63,777 bases of DNA, filler included, from Atractiella rhizophila (GCA_021432655.1; 7 parts of 7 records of this genome joined end to end with filler, not necessarily neighbours in it), one strand, 5' to 3'. Numbered from the whole stretch's first letter, positions 12,510 through 25,811 are shown. Translations and numbers: made by a program. Notes: a model not told the origin generated them from the sequence alone.

Positions 12510-14703
12510 CTAATCGCTCTCATCCTCCTTGGTGGCCTTCTTGGCCTTTTTCTCCTCCTTCCTCTTCTTTTTCTCTTCCTTCCGCTTCTTTTTCTCCTCC
12601 TCCGTCTCACCTTCCTTTCTCTTCTTCTTGCTCGGCTGGTCGATCTCAATTTGCTTATCTTCCTTCTCCACAATCTCGTGCTTCCTCTTCTGCTTATAAC
12701 AGTCGCCATTATGTATCAGTTTTCAGGTGATATGATTGAGATAAGACACACCTTGCCAGCTTGATCTCCTTCAGCTTCCTCTAGAGCCTCCCCGTTGGCG
12801 GATACACCAGCAGCGGCTAGCTTCGCCTCCTTTTTCGCCTTCTTCCTAGCTTTCCGTTCCTCTTTCGTCTGTGACGGAGGCGGACCCATATCAACCTCTG
12901 CTATTTAGGATTGAACAAAAATGAACATACTTCCTCCTTCTCCCCAGCTGGTGGTTCGATATCGACGTCCATTTCATCCTCCTTCCTCTTCTTTTCTTTC
13001 TTCTCCTTCTTCTTCACCACCTCGTCTACCTCCATCGCCACTTCATTCGCCGTCGCCGTAGGAATTAACGAGTCTGCATTGGTGTTATATCCCTTCCTCT
13101 TCGCGCTCCAATCCAGCTTTTCCATCTTCGCATCCCCATTCTTCCCTCTCTTTAGACTCCGAATCCCTAATCCTTCCTCCAAATTCCTAAGACGGCGTTC
13201 AAGCTTTGCCCGCTCCTCAATACCGATCGTAGCACCCTCTTCACCTTCGTCCCTCAAAGCATCTAGGCGGATGGACAAGGCTGCCTTCGTGGCCACCATA
13301 CGGGCCATCTTTCCTTTCAGTTTCGGTGGTGACATTCCTACAATGCTGGAATGGAAGATGAGTCCATACTTAGGCGTATCTTTCTTCGTCTTCAAAGCTC
13401 GAAAGAGTGCCTTCTCTGCTCCTAAAATCTGAATTGTGCTCGCCGGATGTTTGGCAAGATTGGACATGGACCCGGAATGTGCGATGAGACGAGCACCAAC
13501 GAGCTCGCCGAGGAGAGCTGTGAGGTTGGGAGCGATGGTTGTCATTCGGGAAGAAAGGTAGGAGTAGAGTTCAGCACGGTAGGAAGTGATTGATATCACT
13601 TGGTCGCAGAGGGAGAGGATGTGGGAGAGATCGGAAGAGGAGATTTCGGTTCCCATGCTGATTTGGGAGGAAGCTTTGATGGACTCTTCTAGGTCTTCGG
13701 GAAGTATGGAAGAGAAATCGGTCTTGGAGGCGTCTGTCCGGAGCCCTGCTTCCACTGTGAGCCAAGGAGAAGTAGGACAGAAGTAATTGTCGAACCCATG
13801 GCTTTCACAACTTTGGCGTAGGCCAGGTTGTCGGTTATGATTTTGGCGAGTTCTGGAAAGTGCCATCCGTACCATTCCTTTTCAGTCAAGTCAGGTTACG
13901 ATATCTGAGGAAAAGAGGGCAAACACGTGCCTTCACTCGCATGGAATAAATGTTGATCTCCTTGTCCAACTCGTCCAACAGTGCTACCGCCTGTACGACC
14001 ATTGTGTCCACCTTGTCTGGTGAAAACTTGAGCTTATACCTATCAACCATCACGACGAATTTAGTGTTCTACGTTCACGAACAAGTAGTTGGGGAGAGAC
14101 AGAGCGAACGAACCGAGAGATGGAATGACCAAGACCCAATCTCATGGTCGCCAGATCGCTCTCCTCCAAATTTGCTAAGCCCAAACTCGGATCTGCGTCC
14201 CTGAGTAACGTGTCGAGCTGGGATCTAATACCTCGAAAGAGGTCAAGGTTAGAAGATTCGGCGGCCTGCACAGGGATTTCAAGCTTCTTAGAGATCGCTC
14301 GAGCTATCACCACCGTCTCATCAGGGCACGTCGCAACCAAGAGAAGAAACCAACCAAGCTCTTTTTCAGCGACAATCAGCGTCTCTTTCTCCTTTCCTTT
14401 TTTTGAGAAAGAAATTGAGGAAGTTAGGAATTTCTTTAGGTTTTTAGACAACTTTCCATCCCCGATTGACGTGAGGTCTTCAACTGCCGTAGCTGTAGAT
14501 TCGAATCGATGAATGGCCTGCAGTTTAACTCTGCCCATTCACACAAGTCAATGCTACTCTTGAGAAGAATGGCGGAGATCATACAACTCGGAGGCTGTCG
14601 CAGGATCGTCGAAGGACTTGTACAGCTCTTTCGATGTCAACGCACCGGAATCGAGCAGGCGGAAAAGACAGTAGCCAAGGGGTGATTCAAAAAGGACGAG
14701 CAT
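12510..14703 (-). CDS. NOP58: Nucleolar protein 58 (box C/D snoRNP)
   Basis: MLVLFES start; [78 protein letters not shown]-rich tail ending EDESD*. One intron is GC-AG (13878-13930). Confidence 0.95.
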
Positions 14704-14948
14704 CGCGCCTGCCGGTGTTGATTCTCAGGAAAGTCCTAAAAGGATAAGCAGAGACAGAGTTCACAAATTGAATAGAAAAGAAAAGAAGAAAATTTTGGGT
14801 CAATGATGCTCGATGATGCGATTGATGCTGGCTAACACACGTGCCTGAAACGCGAAAAGACTGCGGTTCTTTCAACATCTACCTTTCTCGGCCACCACCA
14901 TAGCTTGCTTTATTCCCATCTCAAAGCCCCAGATATCACGAACTCTCA

Positions 14949-16283
14949 ATGCCTTTACTGTACCATGATCTATTTCCACGACAAAACGGCGAGTCTCTAA
15001 CTTTTCTGAAGAAAAGGCTCACTGATTTGGCGTGGTTGCAGCGGGAAGCTACGGTCCATCAGGTGCATTTTCTCCCACTCTTTCGTTGTACAACACTTCT
15101 GAACAACAATTTACCTGAAGGATATGACGGGCCTTATAACGACCAAGATTTTGAGCTGCATGCGCGCCTGTTAGGGACTCAAAACCTGAACAAGCAGGAT
15201 GACACGTTACCGTTAGTTTGCCTTCTTCCTTCACCCTTCTTTGTCCCTAGACTAATGAATTACACAACAGTTCTGTTATCTTTTTTCTTGCATTCTTGGG
15301 GACGGGAGTATTTTCTATCTTACGATGGAGAAGCGAGTTTTACAGGACTAATCTACTCATCCTTCTCGCAGTGGCGTCTTTCCGTAAATTCCCCAACATT
15401 TGCTCCAGGCATTGTCAGCTAATACTTGCATAGTGTTTTTCTTGGGCTTCACAATCCGTTGTGGGCAGGCAAATGCAAAACCGGCAGATGTTACTAAACT
15501 TGGGATCATTGTCACGCAGGTATGTTACCTGACCTCTGCCGACTCCGATTGACGAATCTACAGATCAGTCTCATAATAGCACACTGCTTATGTCTCGTTA
15601 GTTCACTTTCATATTCTTCAGAAACGAGCTTACAGCCTCCGTCTTAAGGACGTATCGATAGTGCTCCTGCGAAACACGGTGATGTCAGCATATGGGGACA
15701 TGGAGAACCGACACTACTCAAAGATGGTCACCAACATCGAACACGTCCTCCTCTACATTGCCGGTGTTCTTCAAGTAGTTGGATTTGTCTTTCTTCCCTC
15801 CCCCGGCTCCGCAGAACCTCCATCCGACCTCTCAACACACTTGCGCCTCGCTGGTGCTTGGGTTGGATTCTTCATCGTTATCGGAAACTTCATCTTCGCG
15901 GTCATCTGGAGGATTACTGTCTACGATATCATGCCCAGCACTGTTTATATCTGGATGGGATGGAACTTTGTACGCCCTTCTTCCCTCTCGTCTCTTCCTC
16001 TGCAGCTAATGATGTTACATATGCGCGGTAGCTAATGTTCCTTCCCGCCTTCTACAATTTCGTAAATGTGGCAGTAACAGACGACTCTTCACCTTTAGTA
16101 CACTCCAAAGCGCTTTTCTACGTCTCTTTCGGCCTTTTTCACTTCCTTTACATCCTTTGGTTGGCAGTCGTCAACCTTGGAGATAGGTGGGCACCGAGAA
16201 TGCGACCGTGCGTCCTTTCTTGCCATTCTTTTATCTTCAGCGCGCCATCCAACACTCTTTGCAGGTATTTTATCCTCCGATAG
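14949..16283 (+). CDS. Multi-pass (about 7TM) membrane protein, RTA1/DUF3112-like
   Basis: Spliced exons: LLGTQNLNKQDDTLP/SVIFFLAFLGTGVFSILRW...TNLLILLAVASF/LFFLGFTIR.../HLRLAGAWVGFFIVIG.../SKALFYVSFGLFHFLYILWLAVV; family call from recalled motif resemblance only. Confidence 0.6.
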
Positions 16284-16917
16284 ACGAGCAGCGCGATTCG
16301 GGATTGTTGAGAAGGTCATTGTGCATAGTTTATGCCTCAGGCTCCTATGACGGATTTCACGTACGGTTTTACCCTTCATGGATTGTTTCATGCTTGTGTC
16401 TGGGATAGAATCTCGCAAAATGTATAACTAGAACACACATGCTTCCTTTCAATCATGCAGCAATGGACACAGTTATTCCAAAGTTGACCGTCAGATGAGT
16501 GCTATTGAAGAGGGTGCCAGGGACAAATTGACAAGGTGACAGTAACAGATAACAAGGTATGCAAGATGTGAGCACTATGAGCGGGCAATGGATGCCCAAG
16601 TATTCAAACTGCCAAACCTGTACAGGTTGTCAAACCAGGTCAGATTGAATAGAATTTTGGTTTGCGTCGCGCACGTCGGGCGCCATATTCCAGGACAAAT
16701 CGACAAAACCTGATACGCCTGATCAAGACCCTCAGTGCTTCAGTTTTCCTTCCAACAACTCCAAAAGAGTGCGCTTGCTCGATCATATCTCTCGATCTCG
16801 AAACCAAGACTCCAACAAACCTCCAAGTCGGTGTCTATAGTACCTGGTCTGTTTATCCTTTGGTCCATTGTCCTACTAACTAATCAAGACTGTTGCTATC
16901 TGCGCAGAAAGCTTCAA

Positions 16918-17760
16918 ATGGGTAGTGCTCAGTCGCAGGAAGGCGAAACAGATGTCTATAACCAAATCATACGTCACATTCCTCTTGTAGGACAAGCATA
17001 CAGTGGCGTTCGAGCGGCGGTTTATCAAGGTATAGGGAACAGCGAAGAAGCTGTTTGGAGTGCTAAGGGAATGGTCCCTGGATGGCAGAGCTCTGAAGAC
17101 TTCTCGAGGGCGAAACAAATTTTGACCTCAGAGAGACGGGAGGAAAGAGGAAGCCCCTGTGAACCGGCGCCACCACGTGAGGGATGGGACGTGAGAGAAA
17201 ATCAAGGGGAAGAAAGCGTCGTTCCAATGATGGCGAGGACAGAATGGGAGAGGAGCGAGGAGCAAAGGGGAGAGAGTCCTTGTTCTGCTACGGCAGAAGA
17301 ATACCAGGGACAAGCACAGGTGGCAAGGGCTGAGATTTCAGAAGAGGAAGTAATGAATAATGCGGCATACGGCTTCTTTGGAAGCTTTCTCTCGTTACTG
17401 GCTTTTTCTGTTCTAGAACAGAAGGTTAGGTTCAATCGTCCAGTCCCAACTATTGCTAAGATGAATGGGTCGGCAGGCGGTTAATCATCTGCTCTGGGAA
17501 GTAATCGAGTTATCCGCTTTGTTCATCTTTGGAGGGATATGCAGGCTATGCCGTGATGTAAGGTTCCTGTGACCAAACTCGTTACTGAACCGTATCTCCA
17601 GCGCCGCAGTAACCTCCACGCTCTGTTTGAGGCAATAGTTATCGAGAAATTGATTGGTCCAAAACGCGAGGAACTCATGCCGACTTTGCAAGACCTCGTA
17701 CTGCTAACTTTTTTGTGTTGGGCTTTGTCAGAAGTTGATTTATAGCTCAAACTGAATTAA
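16918..17760 (+). CDS. Hypothetical protein with N-myristoylation-like start (MGSAQS), 4 exons
   Basis: Long first exon, then GT-AG introns join AVNHLLWEVIEL.../RRSNLHALFEAIVIEKL.../LKLN*. Confidence 0.55.
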
Positions 17761-18472
17761 ATGGATACTCAATCAACCTATTACGTTGGCAACATATCTA
17801 TAACAACTCAGCGACCTTTCAACAAGTGATTTGTCTCGCAAAATTGGATGGTGCGCAAGCTGAACATATGATCGTCACAACGCTTAACAGTGCGCTGGGT
17901 GCCTTTCTACCTTTCCGTTATTAACAGCCACGTCTTCCCACCGTCAACAAAAGAAATGGGCTGCGTGCTCCTACCAACAGCTGGTCCTTACTACCGGTTC
18001 AAATACCAGACCTCTACTCCACGAATACAGGCGTGATCACTTAGCCTTCTTCCACCTTTCTTATAGATGTATCCCTCTCTACAAAAAGGGGGCCGCCTTT
18101 CAGGAACTGAGGGCAGTAAAAAAACTGACAACGCGATCCATCTGTTTTGATTCGCGAGTTACAGCAAACCACTCCACACTTTTCTCTTCGAAAATCAAGC
18201 CCTGAAAGTGGCAAAGGACTCGTTGTCATTTAGAAAAGATCGAGTACACACCTTCCACTTATACAGAGTAGCTGGCCTGCCTCACTGTGTCTTTGGATGA
18301 TCAAAAGAGATTCGCTCATAATGGACGATCTCATCAACAAGCACTGTTCAAGACTTTAGTCCCGTCTGCATAAGTCGGCATATACTGTTGGTCAGATACT
18401 GCAGCAGAAAGACCATGAATGACATTAAAGTTCTGATAGTTTAATATTGGTCCCGAACAAAAGAATGTTACA

Positions 18473-19444
18473 ATGAACTCTCTTCGCGTTTTCACTCGCT
18501 GCGTCCGACGCTCCTCCACGTATGGCTGTGGCTCACCTGGTATACCGATATCCTTACTCATGCCACACTCTGACATGCAGCGTTCAGTGCCAAAAGTCAC
18601 GATTCCAACTTTGCGTTCCATGCACCAAAATGGAACCCCAATCACCGTTTTGACGTGCAGTGACTACCCGACAGCCCTCCTATTCTCTCCCCATGTAGAC
18701 ATGCTCCTTGTAGGCGACTCTTTAGGCATGGTCACGCTGGGGTTACCGTCAACGAAGCACTTAACGCTCGAACAAATGACACACCACTGTGCCGCTGTCT
18801 CTCGAGGCGCTCCACGGCCTTTTCTTCTCGGGGACATCCCCTTCGGATGTGCAGAGATATCGGTAGAAAAAGGAGTGGAGAGCGCGATCACCCTCGTGAA
18901 GGACGGAGGAGTGGACGGCGTAAAGGTCGAAGGAGGAGAAGAGGTCGTTCCGCTGGTCAAGCGGCTCACATCCTTCGGAATTCCCGTTATGGGACACGTC
19001 GGCTTGCGTCCCCAACGCGAAGCGTCCGTCGGAGGCTTCAAAGTTCAGGGAAGGACGGCAGACGGCGCGAAACAGGTGTGGGAGGACGCCGTGCGGATCA
19101 GGGATGCTGGAGCCTTCGGATTGGTCCTCGAAGCTGTTCCTGCAGACTTGGGAAAGTGGATCACCCAGCGTTTGGGCATCTTAACGATTGGTATCGGGGC
19201 TGGGAACGGCACCAGTGGCCAGGTGCTAGTTTATGCTGACGCTTTGGGATTTTTTGGCGAGGACGCTCATAGACCAAGATTTGTGAAGAAATACGCAGAC
19301 GTGAAGAACGTGATGGAGAAGGGTGTGAAGGATTATGTGGATGACGTGAAAACTAGAGCATTCCCGGAAGATGGGACGCATACTTATCGCTTTAGTAAGG
19401 GAGAATGGGATAAGTTTCAAGAGGACATGAAGGACGTTAAGTGA
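18473..19444 (+). CDS. ECM31: 3-methyl-2-oxobutanoate (ketopantoate) hydroxymethyltransferase, PanB family
   Basis: LLVGDSLGMV, GDIPFG, GVKVEGG, PVMGHVGLRPQ, LVLEAVP, TIGIGAG, GQVLV, PRFVKKY; Arg/Ser-rich N-terminus resembles a mitochondrial presequence. Confidence 0.95.
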   Translation: MNSLRVFTRCVRRSSTYGCGSPGIPISLLMPHSDMQRSVPKVTIPTLRSMHQNGTPITVLTCSDYPTALLFSPHVDMLLVGDSLGMVTLGLPSTKHLTLEQMTHHCAAVSRGAPRPFLLGDIPFGCAEISVEKGVESAITLVKDGGVDGVKVEGGEEVVPLVKRLTSFGIPVMGHVGLRPQREASVGGFKVQGRTADGAKQVWEDAVRIRDAGAFGLVLEAVPADLGKWITQRLGILTIGIGAGNGTSGQVLVYADALGFFGEDAHRPRFVKKYADVKNVMEKGVKDYVDDVKTRAFPEDGTHTYRFSKGEWDKFQEDMKDVK

Positions 19445-19518
19445 TCTGTATGGCATTGGCATTGGATTTGTATATCGTACAATCAGGTGTTCTGATAATT
19501 ATCTAAAGCTAATTTTTA

Positions 19519-20611
19519 TCACATTTTAGTCATGACCTCCTTCACTTCGGCTTCCAAACCCAACGCCTTGGGAAGCAATTCTTCACAGCCACCAATAAAA
19601 TTCCAGTCGAAAGGTTCTTCATCCTCCATCAAACGCGTACTCATCTTTTCGACATTGAATACAGCAACTTTCCCACCATCATCCTGGACCTGGTACGCAT
19701 AACCAGCGGCTGGCCAAACCTAGTGGGCATTTAATCAGCCCTCAACCCGAGGAGGTAGACCAGAATCGACTTACTTGAGCAGATGTACCGATGACCAAGA
19801 AGAGATCCACATCTTGCAACCACTTCTCTATAACATCCAAGTCCATTGGCATCTCTCCAAACCACACCACCGCGGGTCTGAGAAGTCCACCGCAATTATC
19901 CTTCTTGCATCTTGGCAAATCCTTCTCTTCCACCCTTGGTTCATCGTATAGCCCTCCCTCCGCCGTGAACTGCTCCGTTCCTCTCAGTCCTTCACAGATA
20001 GGACTATCGAAATTTTGCTCCTGAGTTCCACACTTCGTGCAACGAGTATCGTGCACACGTCCGTGCATTTCAATGATGACAGGAGTCGCGTCGCTACCGC
20101 ATCCAGGTTGTGGAGAAGGCATGTTCACAACGTGATTTGGGGAAGGGAAGAAGGTTGACAGTGAGGGAGTTCGAAAGACCCGTGGCCCGAGCCCATCCAC
20201 ATTCTGTGTGATATGTGCGAAGCGGTCACATTTCGGTGCGACCTTGGACCTGAAAGAAGGCTGAGAAAACATAGCGAGAGCTACGTGGGCGGCATTGGGC
20301 TTGCAAGTGAAGGCTTTCTCGCGCCTATAGTGATAGAACTCTGTACCATTAGTTGTTATCGAACTTCCACAGCTCTTCGATGTAAGGCGAAGACACTCAC
20401 GCCAAACTCGATCAGGATTCTCCGCAAACGCCTCCTCTGTAGCTAGGTCCGTAGATCTGTACTTTCTCCACAACCCTCCCGCTCCTCTGAACGTAGGAAT
20501 ACCGGAAGCAGCGCTCAAACCAGCCCCGGAGAGAACAACGACTTTCTGAGCAGTTAACAGAGCATTTTGAAACGATTGCATGTCGGACGATGACTCTTTG
20601 ATCTTGGGCAT
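19519..20611 (-). CDS. NAD-dependent protein deacylase, class III sirtuin (SIRT5/CobB-like)
   Basis: [30 protein letters not shown] (Tyr/Arg pair of desuccinylases), [12 protein letters not shown], Zn-binding Cys pairs, [22 protein letters not shown]. Confidence 0.93.
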
Positions 20612-20800
20612 GGTGCTGTAAAAGTTCTGAATAGCAGTCAGCTTCAAGATTTCTACGCTGTCCATGTTGAGTAAATGGCTTACTGGATCACCACTTTTCC
20701 ACCCTGATGAGTTGCTCATCCTTCTGGAATAGAAAAACACGAACTGTGGGAATAAATTCAAGAGCGGTTTGGCGGCTTTCGCGTCGTGAGTCTAATTCTC

Positions 20801-20900
20801 NNNNNNNNNNNNNNNNNNNNNNNNNNNNNNNNNNNNNNNNNNNNTTAATTAATTAANNNNNNNNNNNNNNNNNNNNNNNNNNNNNNNNNNNNNNNNNNNN
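20801..20900. other. Artificial contig spacer
   Basis: TTAATTAATTAA at 20845-20856 within N. Confidence 0.97.
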
Positions 20901-23299
20901 AGCAGAGCCATGACTGAATCCGCAATCATGTCATTCAGGGAACTGCCAACCCATTGGATGCTAAGAATGTCATTCGGATGGCTCTTGAGGTCAACAGTTT
21001 GCATGATCTGCGAGGTAATTCAATAGAATGTCTGGAACCGAGCAAGGGACTTACTCTCATGGTAGGAAGTCCAGCATCGTCTATCCCTTCGTCTACTCGT
21101 CCATACATCCCTCGAAGGTGCCATTTCACTAGTTCCCACCCCACGCCAAGGTTCAGGGTTTGTCGCTGAAGGATTGTAGTAGTAGTGAGGCCAGTGAACT
21201 CTTTTAGATCTTTCGGATCGATAAGGGTGTAGCTGAAATCCTTTTGCACCAAAAGACCGGAAAAAGTTTTGCCTACTTCAGCGACAGTATTCGAGGCGAG
21301 AGTACCAATTGCCTGTTCTTCTTCAGGATTTAAGACATAGCCAGGAGAAATAGGCGAACCTTGGCTATTCGCTCATCATTGGCGAAGTTGAGCTTGAGAG
21401 GCTCTACATTTTTTGGACTGTGAATATGAATATCGTCTTTCCTTTCCGCGTACTTGTCCTTTAGAGCGGCTTTTAATCGATTCATAGTATTCAATTCGCC
21501 GTGCACTAGAACCTGTGGTTGCCTCAGCACTAGATCGGCGAGTGTTAACGAAACGAACGAGATGTGTTGGAAGCACTTCGTCAATGAATTTAGCATTTTG
21601 GCTGTAATCCACGTGGGCAGAGAAAGAAATGTATTCTATGCTAAGTCGGCGTGGTATGCGTTGACCTTTCAAGCCTGTAATCTCGTCCGGCTCGTTCAAG
21701 ATTTGCTGTTCACAGGAATCGGGGTGTTGTCATAAAGTGCAGAAGAGTTAAAGAAACCTACATGAGCAAGCGTTCCAGCGACCGAGTATCCAGTCATGAC
21801 GAGGCCATTTTTCTTGTCTGGCGCCCATTTCTCCAGGAGCTCTCTTGACACTCCATCTTGTAACATTCCTGGGCTCGCGATCACCACGCAAGGCCTATTC
21901 TCATCAATTCTTTCCGTGTTCTTCAACAGTCTCACAAACCGATTCCTTTCGAAGGCGAAGGGATTCTCTCCTCGAGCGAAACGCGCACGAATAGACGGCG
22001 TCATGGTGTGGATGAACTTTTGGTAGACTTTGAGCGACTTTGACGCCAAAGAAGAGATGATGTAGATGGGGATGTGCTGCAGGTCTGGATGTGAAGTCCA
22101 ATATTCGTCCAGCACGAGAAAGAGCTCCTGAGCCCGTCCGAGGGCGAAAACTGGCATGAGGACCTTGCCACCCCGCTTAAGGATCTGAGAGATCAAAGTC
22201 GTGAAACGTTGTTCCTTCTCCAGACGCGGCTGAACGGATTGAGTGCTATTCATCTATCAGCGGAAATCACATCACGGATGGAAGTTGAAAGCAGGCATAC
22301 CCATAAGTGCTTTCGCAGATCATCACATCTACCTCCCCAGGCCGCCCAGTCCACCTCGCAGGCACGAGATGTCGATCTTCCTCTGTAGAATAGTCGCCGG
22401 TATAAAGAATCCTCTTCCCTGCAATCTCAATCAAAAACATCGCCGCTCCCAAGACGTGGCCCGCGTGGTAAGCTGTAAATCTGATGCCTCGATTAGGAAT
22501 GAGAATCTCCTGGGAAAAATCGATGCCGTGAATTGAGTTGAAAGATGATTGGAGTTCGGATTCCGTAAATAGCAGGTCAGTTGAATTTGGTGAGACTCGA
22601 ACGAAGTCCTGCATCACGAAACGATACACTGCTTTCGTAGGATGCGTCATGTACACCTTCCCTGGTCCATCTCGGAAGTTTGTCTGTGATACTTCGTGAG
22701 TTACACAGGCAGTTGACGAGTGAGAACAACGCACCTTCTCCATAACATAGGTCAACGAGGCAGCATGGTCAACATGAAAACTGATTCAATTGATTAAGAG
22801 GGAGGGATGACGCGAAAGACGGTCAAACTGACTGTGTAACAAGCAGAGCATCGACGGAGCTCCCTAATAGCCGAACAACTCAACCTTACAATGTGATGGT
22901 CAAGCTCAGGAGACTCACAGTCAATCTCGTCAATGAAAGCTGTATGGGGTAAAACAAATACATTGCATGGAAATCAGTCAGAATGTACACTGTCCACCTT
23001 ATCCTCTCTCGAGATGCGGGAGCAAGAAACTCACGCAGACTCCCAATTCCAGCATAAGCAGGGTGCACGCCTGCATCGCAGACTATTGTCCTTTCCTTGT
23101 ACTTTATCACGCAACAACTCCGCCCCACCTCCTGGCCAGCTCCGAGCATGGTTATCTCCATCTCGTCCAAAGGCCCAGCAACAAGTCCACCAGAAGCCGT
23201 AACCGTTGCAACTGGAGACGTCCGTGGGGAAGGGGGAGGGGAGGAGTGTTTGCGTTTCATAGAAGCTTTTGGTGGGTTAAACTGAAGATTCGACGCCAT
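20901..23299 (-). CDS. YSH1: mRNA 3'-end processing endoribonuclease YSH1/CPSF73 (3' truncated at contig end)
   Basis: LGAGQEVGRSC, DAGVHP, TH/FHVDHAASL, AGHVLGAAMF, YTGDYSTEEDRHL, PVFALGRAQEL, ASPGMLQDGVSRELLEKW, SFSAHVDY, LVHGE. Confidence 0.95.
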
Positions 23300-23560
23300 T
23301 ATGTGAAATATTACAGGCAGTGCTGGGTTGGATGTCTACCTGACAAGCTCAATTTTATTGTCGTCGTTTTTGGTTTTTGGTGGCAGGAGGAAGTGAGTAT
23401 AGCCGCACTTGAGCACAAATTCAACAATGTAGCATGTGTGGCTGGGTGGTTATCAGACCAACGAGATTCAGAATTTCTTGACGTTGTAGAGATACAGTAC
23501 ATGAAAATCTCCTTTAGCTCAGCTCACACTGTAACAAAACAAACCCCTCAGTAATCTTCA

Positions 23561-25612
23561 TCATCCATGACACTTCTCTGCTCCCTAAACCTCTTCTCTA
23601 AGCATGTTCACATCACGTCCAAGCCAAAACACAAACCTGATAATCCAAAAAGTTGCTACACCTCCAATCCCCATCCGCGTCGTTCTTTCCTTTCAAATCG
23701 ATGTCCTCGAACGACCAATCCTTACATGGAGCCTTCGACGAACACTCCAACTTGACCACCGAATCGGAGGTGCCCCATCCGGAGATGTTGGAGAAGTGGA
23801 TGTCGTTCCAAGCGTAGGTTGAGGTGTTGGGTGAGATGGCGCCGAGGTAATGATTCCTACAACGAAAGTGACATGTCATTTAGTTGTATGGAGTATGGAG
23901 AGGAACAACGTGCGTGGATGTTAACCAGATGGGCCGTTCGGCTCCTTCAATTCTCACATTCTTCACCGTCACATTCCTCGACCATCCCGTCCCACCTGGG
24001 ATATCATTGGTCTGAGATGCAGTATGTAAGGAAGGACGAACCTCCTCCTCCATTAGGTGGATCACCGGCGCCATTCTCCCAATCCTATACATGCAAAGTA
24101 TCAGTAACAGTGAGTCAATGAACGAATGAAAGCGCACCAAGACTTGAAGTAGACTCCGTTGAAGAGCGGCACATCCCTTGAAGGCTTCATCTGCATCGCC
24201 AACAGCCAATATAAAGATGAAATATGGTGAACAGGACAGAGAAACGAACATAGACATCTTCGATAACGATGTCGTCGATGATATCGACCTGTCATCCATC
24301 GAAGCTACGTAAGCATCTTCAGGCGGAAGGTACATTGACGGAGGCAGCTTACGATGCCCGGGATATTGGCCAACACTTCCGAAAGCAATTCCAGGTCCTC
24401 CAATACAGGTTATGTTTCTGTGAACAAGCTTAATTGGACCCCAACTGATAAAGGAAGCAACCTCACTTCAATACCACATTCGTGCTATTCGCTTTGAAAC
24501 TGATACAATCGTCTCCTCCTTCATACACAAAGTCTTCATACAATACATCGCGAGACTGGTACGTGTCACTGCCAATCCCAATAATGGAATGGTTAATAAG
24601 AAAGACATTCCGAACGAGGAGTCAAAGCACACACCTTCCATCGGTATTGACGACCCAATTCCACCTATTCCTAATCGCCTCCTCGTCGAAATTAGTAGCA
24701 TTAACATAGATATTCTTAAACACAATCTTCTCCGACATCCATATGATCGTCGCCCAAAACTGCGGCTGGACGATCGAGAAATTGACGAGAGAAGCGCGCG
24801 TCGCATTCGTGTACGAGAGAGACATTGGCCTTCCAAATTTATTGGACGCCCCTCGGTTCCAGGTGTACCATGCTTGTCCTGTAGACCAAGCACATGATAA
24901 GTACGGATGACTGGATGGAGGAGAGATGATGGTGATGGCATACCGTTCCCGTCTATACCTCCCTTCTCGTGTCCGTCGATCACGAAAATCGTTGCCGGTG
25001 ACATGCCAGGCTATGGATTGGTTTTGGAAGGGCAGGCGGTAGGAATTGTGGATCTACGACATGTACGAAGATCAGAATGTGCAATTATTAATAATAGAAT
25101 GAAGCAGAAAGGTAAAGGGAAGGGGGGATACCCAATAGTCTAGATCGTCAGAGAACTCAAGCGTGCCGTAAATATCGACGGTTGCATTCTCGAGGTGCCA
25201 TGTCATCCTCTGATTGATGTAGTACCTATTTCCATCTTCTTCAATACATGTATGTTGTACCACAACATCCAGGCAATACGAACCTCTCGTCAGGAAGCAC
25301 GATCCTCGCCCCCTTCCCACACCTTTCTACAGCCTCCACCAACTTCGGCGCTGCATCCACGCCCTTTCCTGGAGAGTAGACGACGCAAGTGACGGGGTAG
25401 TCTGGTTCTCGATAGTATAAGAGATCCGTTTGGGTCAAGATGATGAGCAGAACCAATAGGGGTATGGCCCCGTATTTCGCATACCGGATGAGCTTGGCTT
25501 TTCTGCTCTCTCCTGCGGACTCGGATGGGCCTTTGGAGGGACCTGGGCCTGGGAGCAGAGGAGAGCTTTCGTGCTCTTCTAGTCGTGGAGGGGGAGCTTT
25601 CGAGCTCGACAT
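23561..25612 (-). CDS. Glycoside hydrolase family 28 (exo-polygalacturonase/rhamnogalacturonase-like) with N-terminal membrane anchor
   Basis: [78 protein letters not shown] segment [15 protein letters not shown] after a cytosolic N-tail. Confidence 0.88.
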
Positions 25613-25811
25613 TGTCGATGTCTTTCAAGGTCCCAAATGCAAAATGCGGGGTAGTTGGGATCACGGCCGGATAACCGACGTCGGAGGGACGGTCGGGCAG
25701 TCGGGATGCTCCGCTCCGCTGGACTCTTCCCGACCACCACTCCCGCGGTCACGCAACACACACTCACTTCCATTGCGAGTATACCCAGGCGATACGCATC
25801 TGCAGTCGGAT

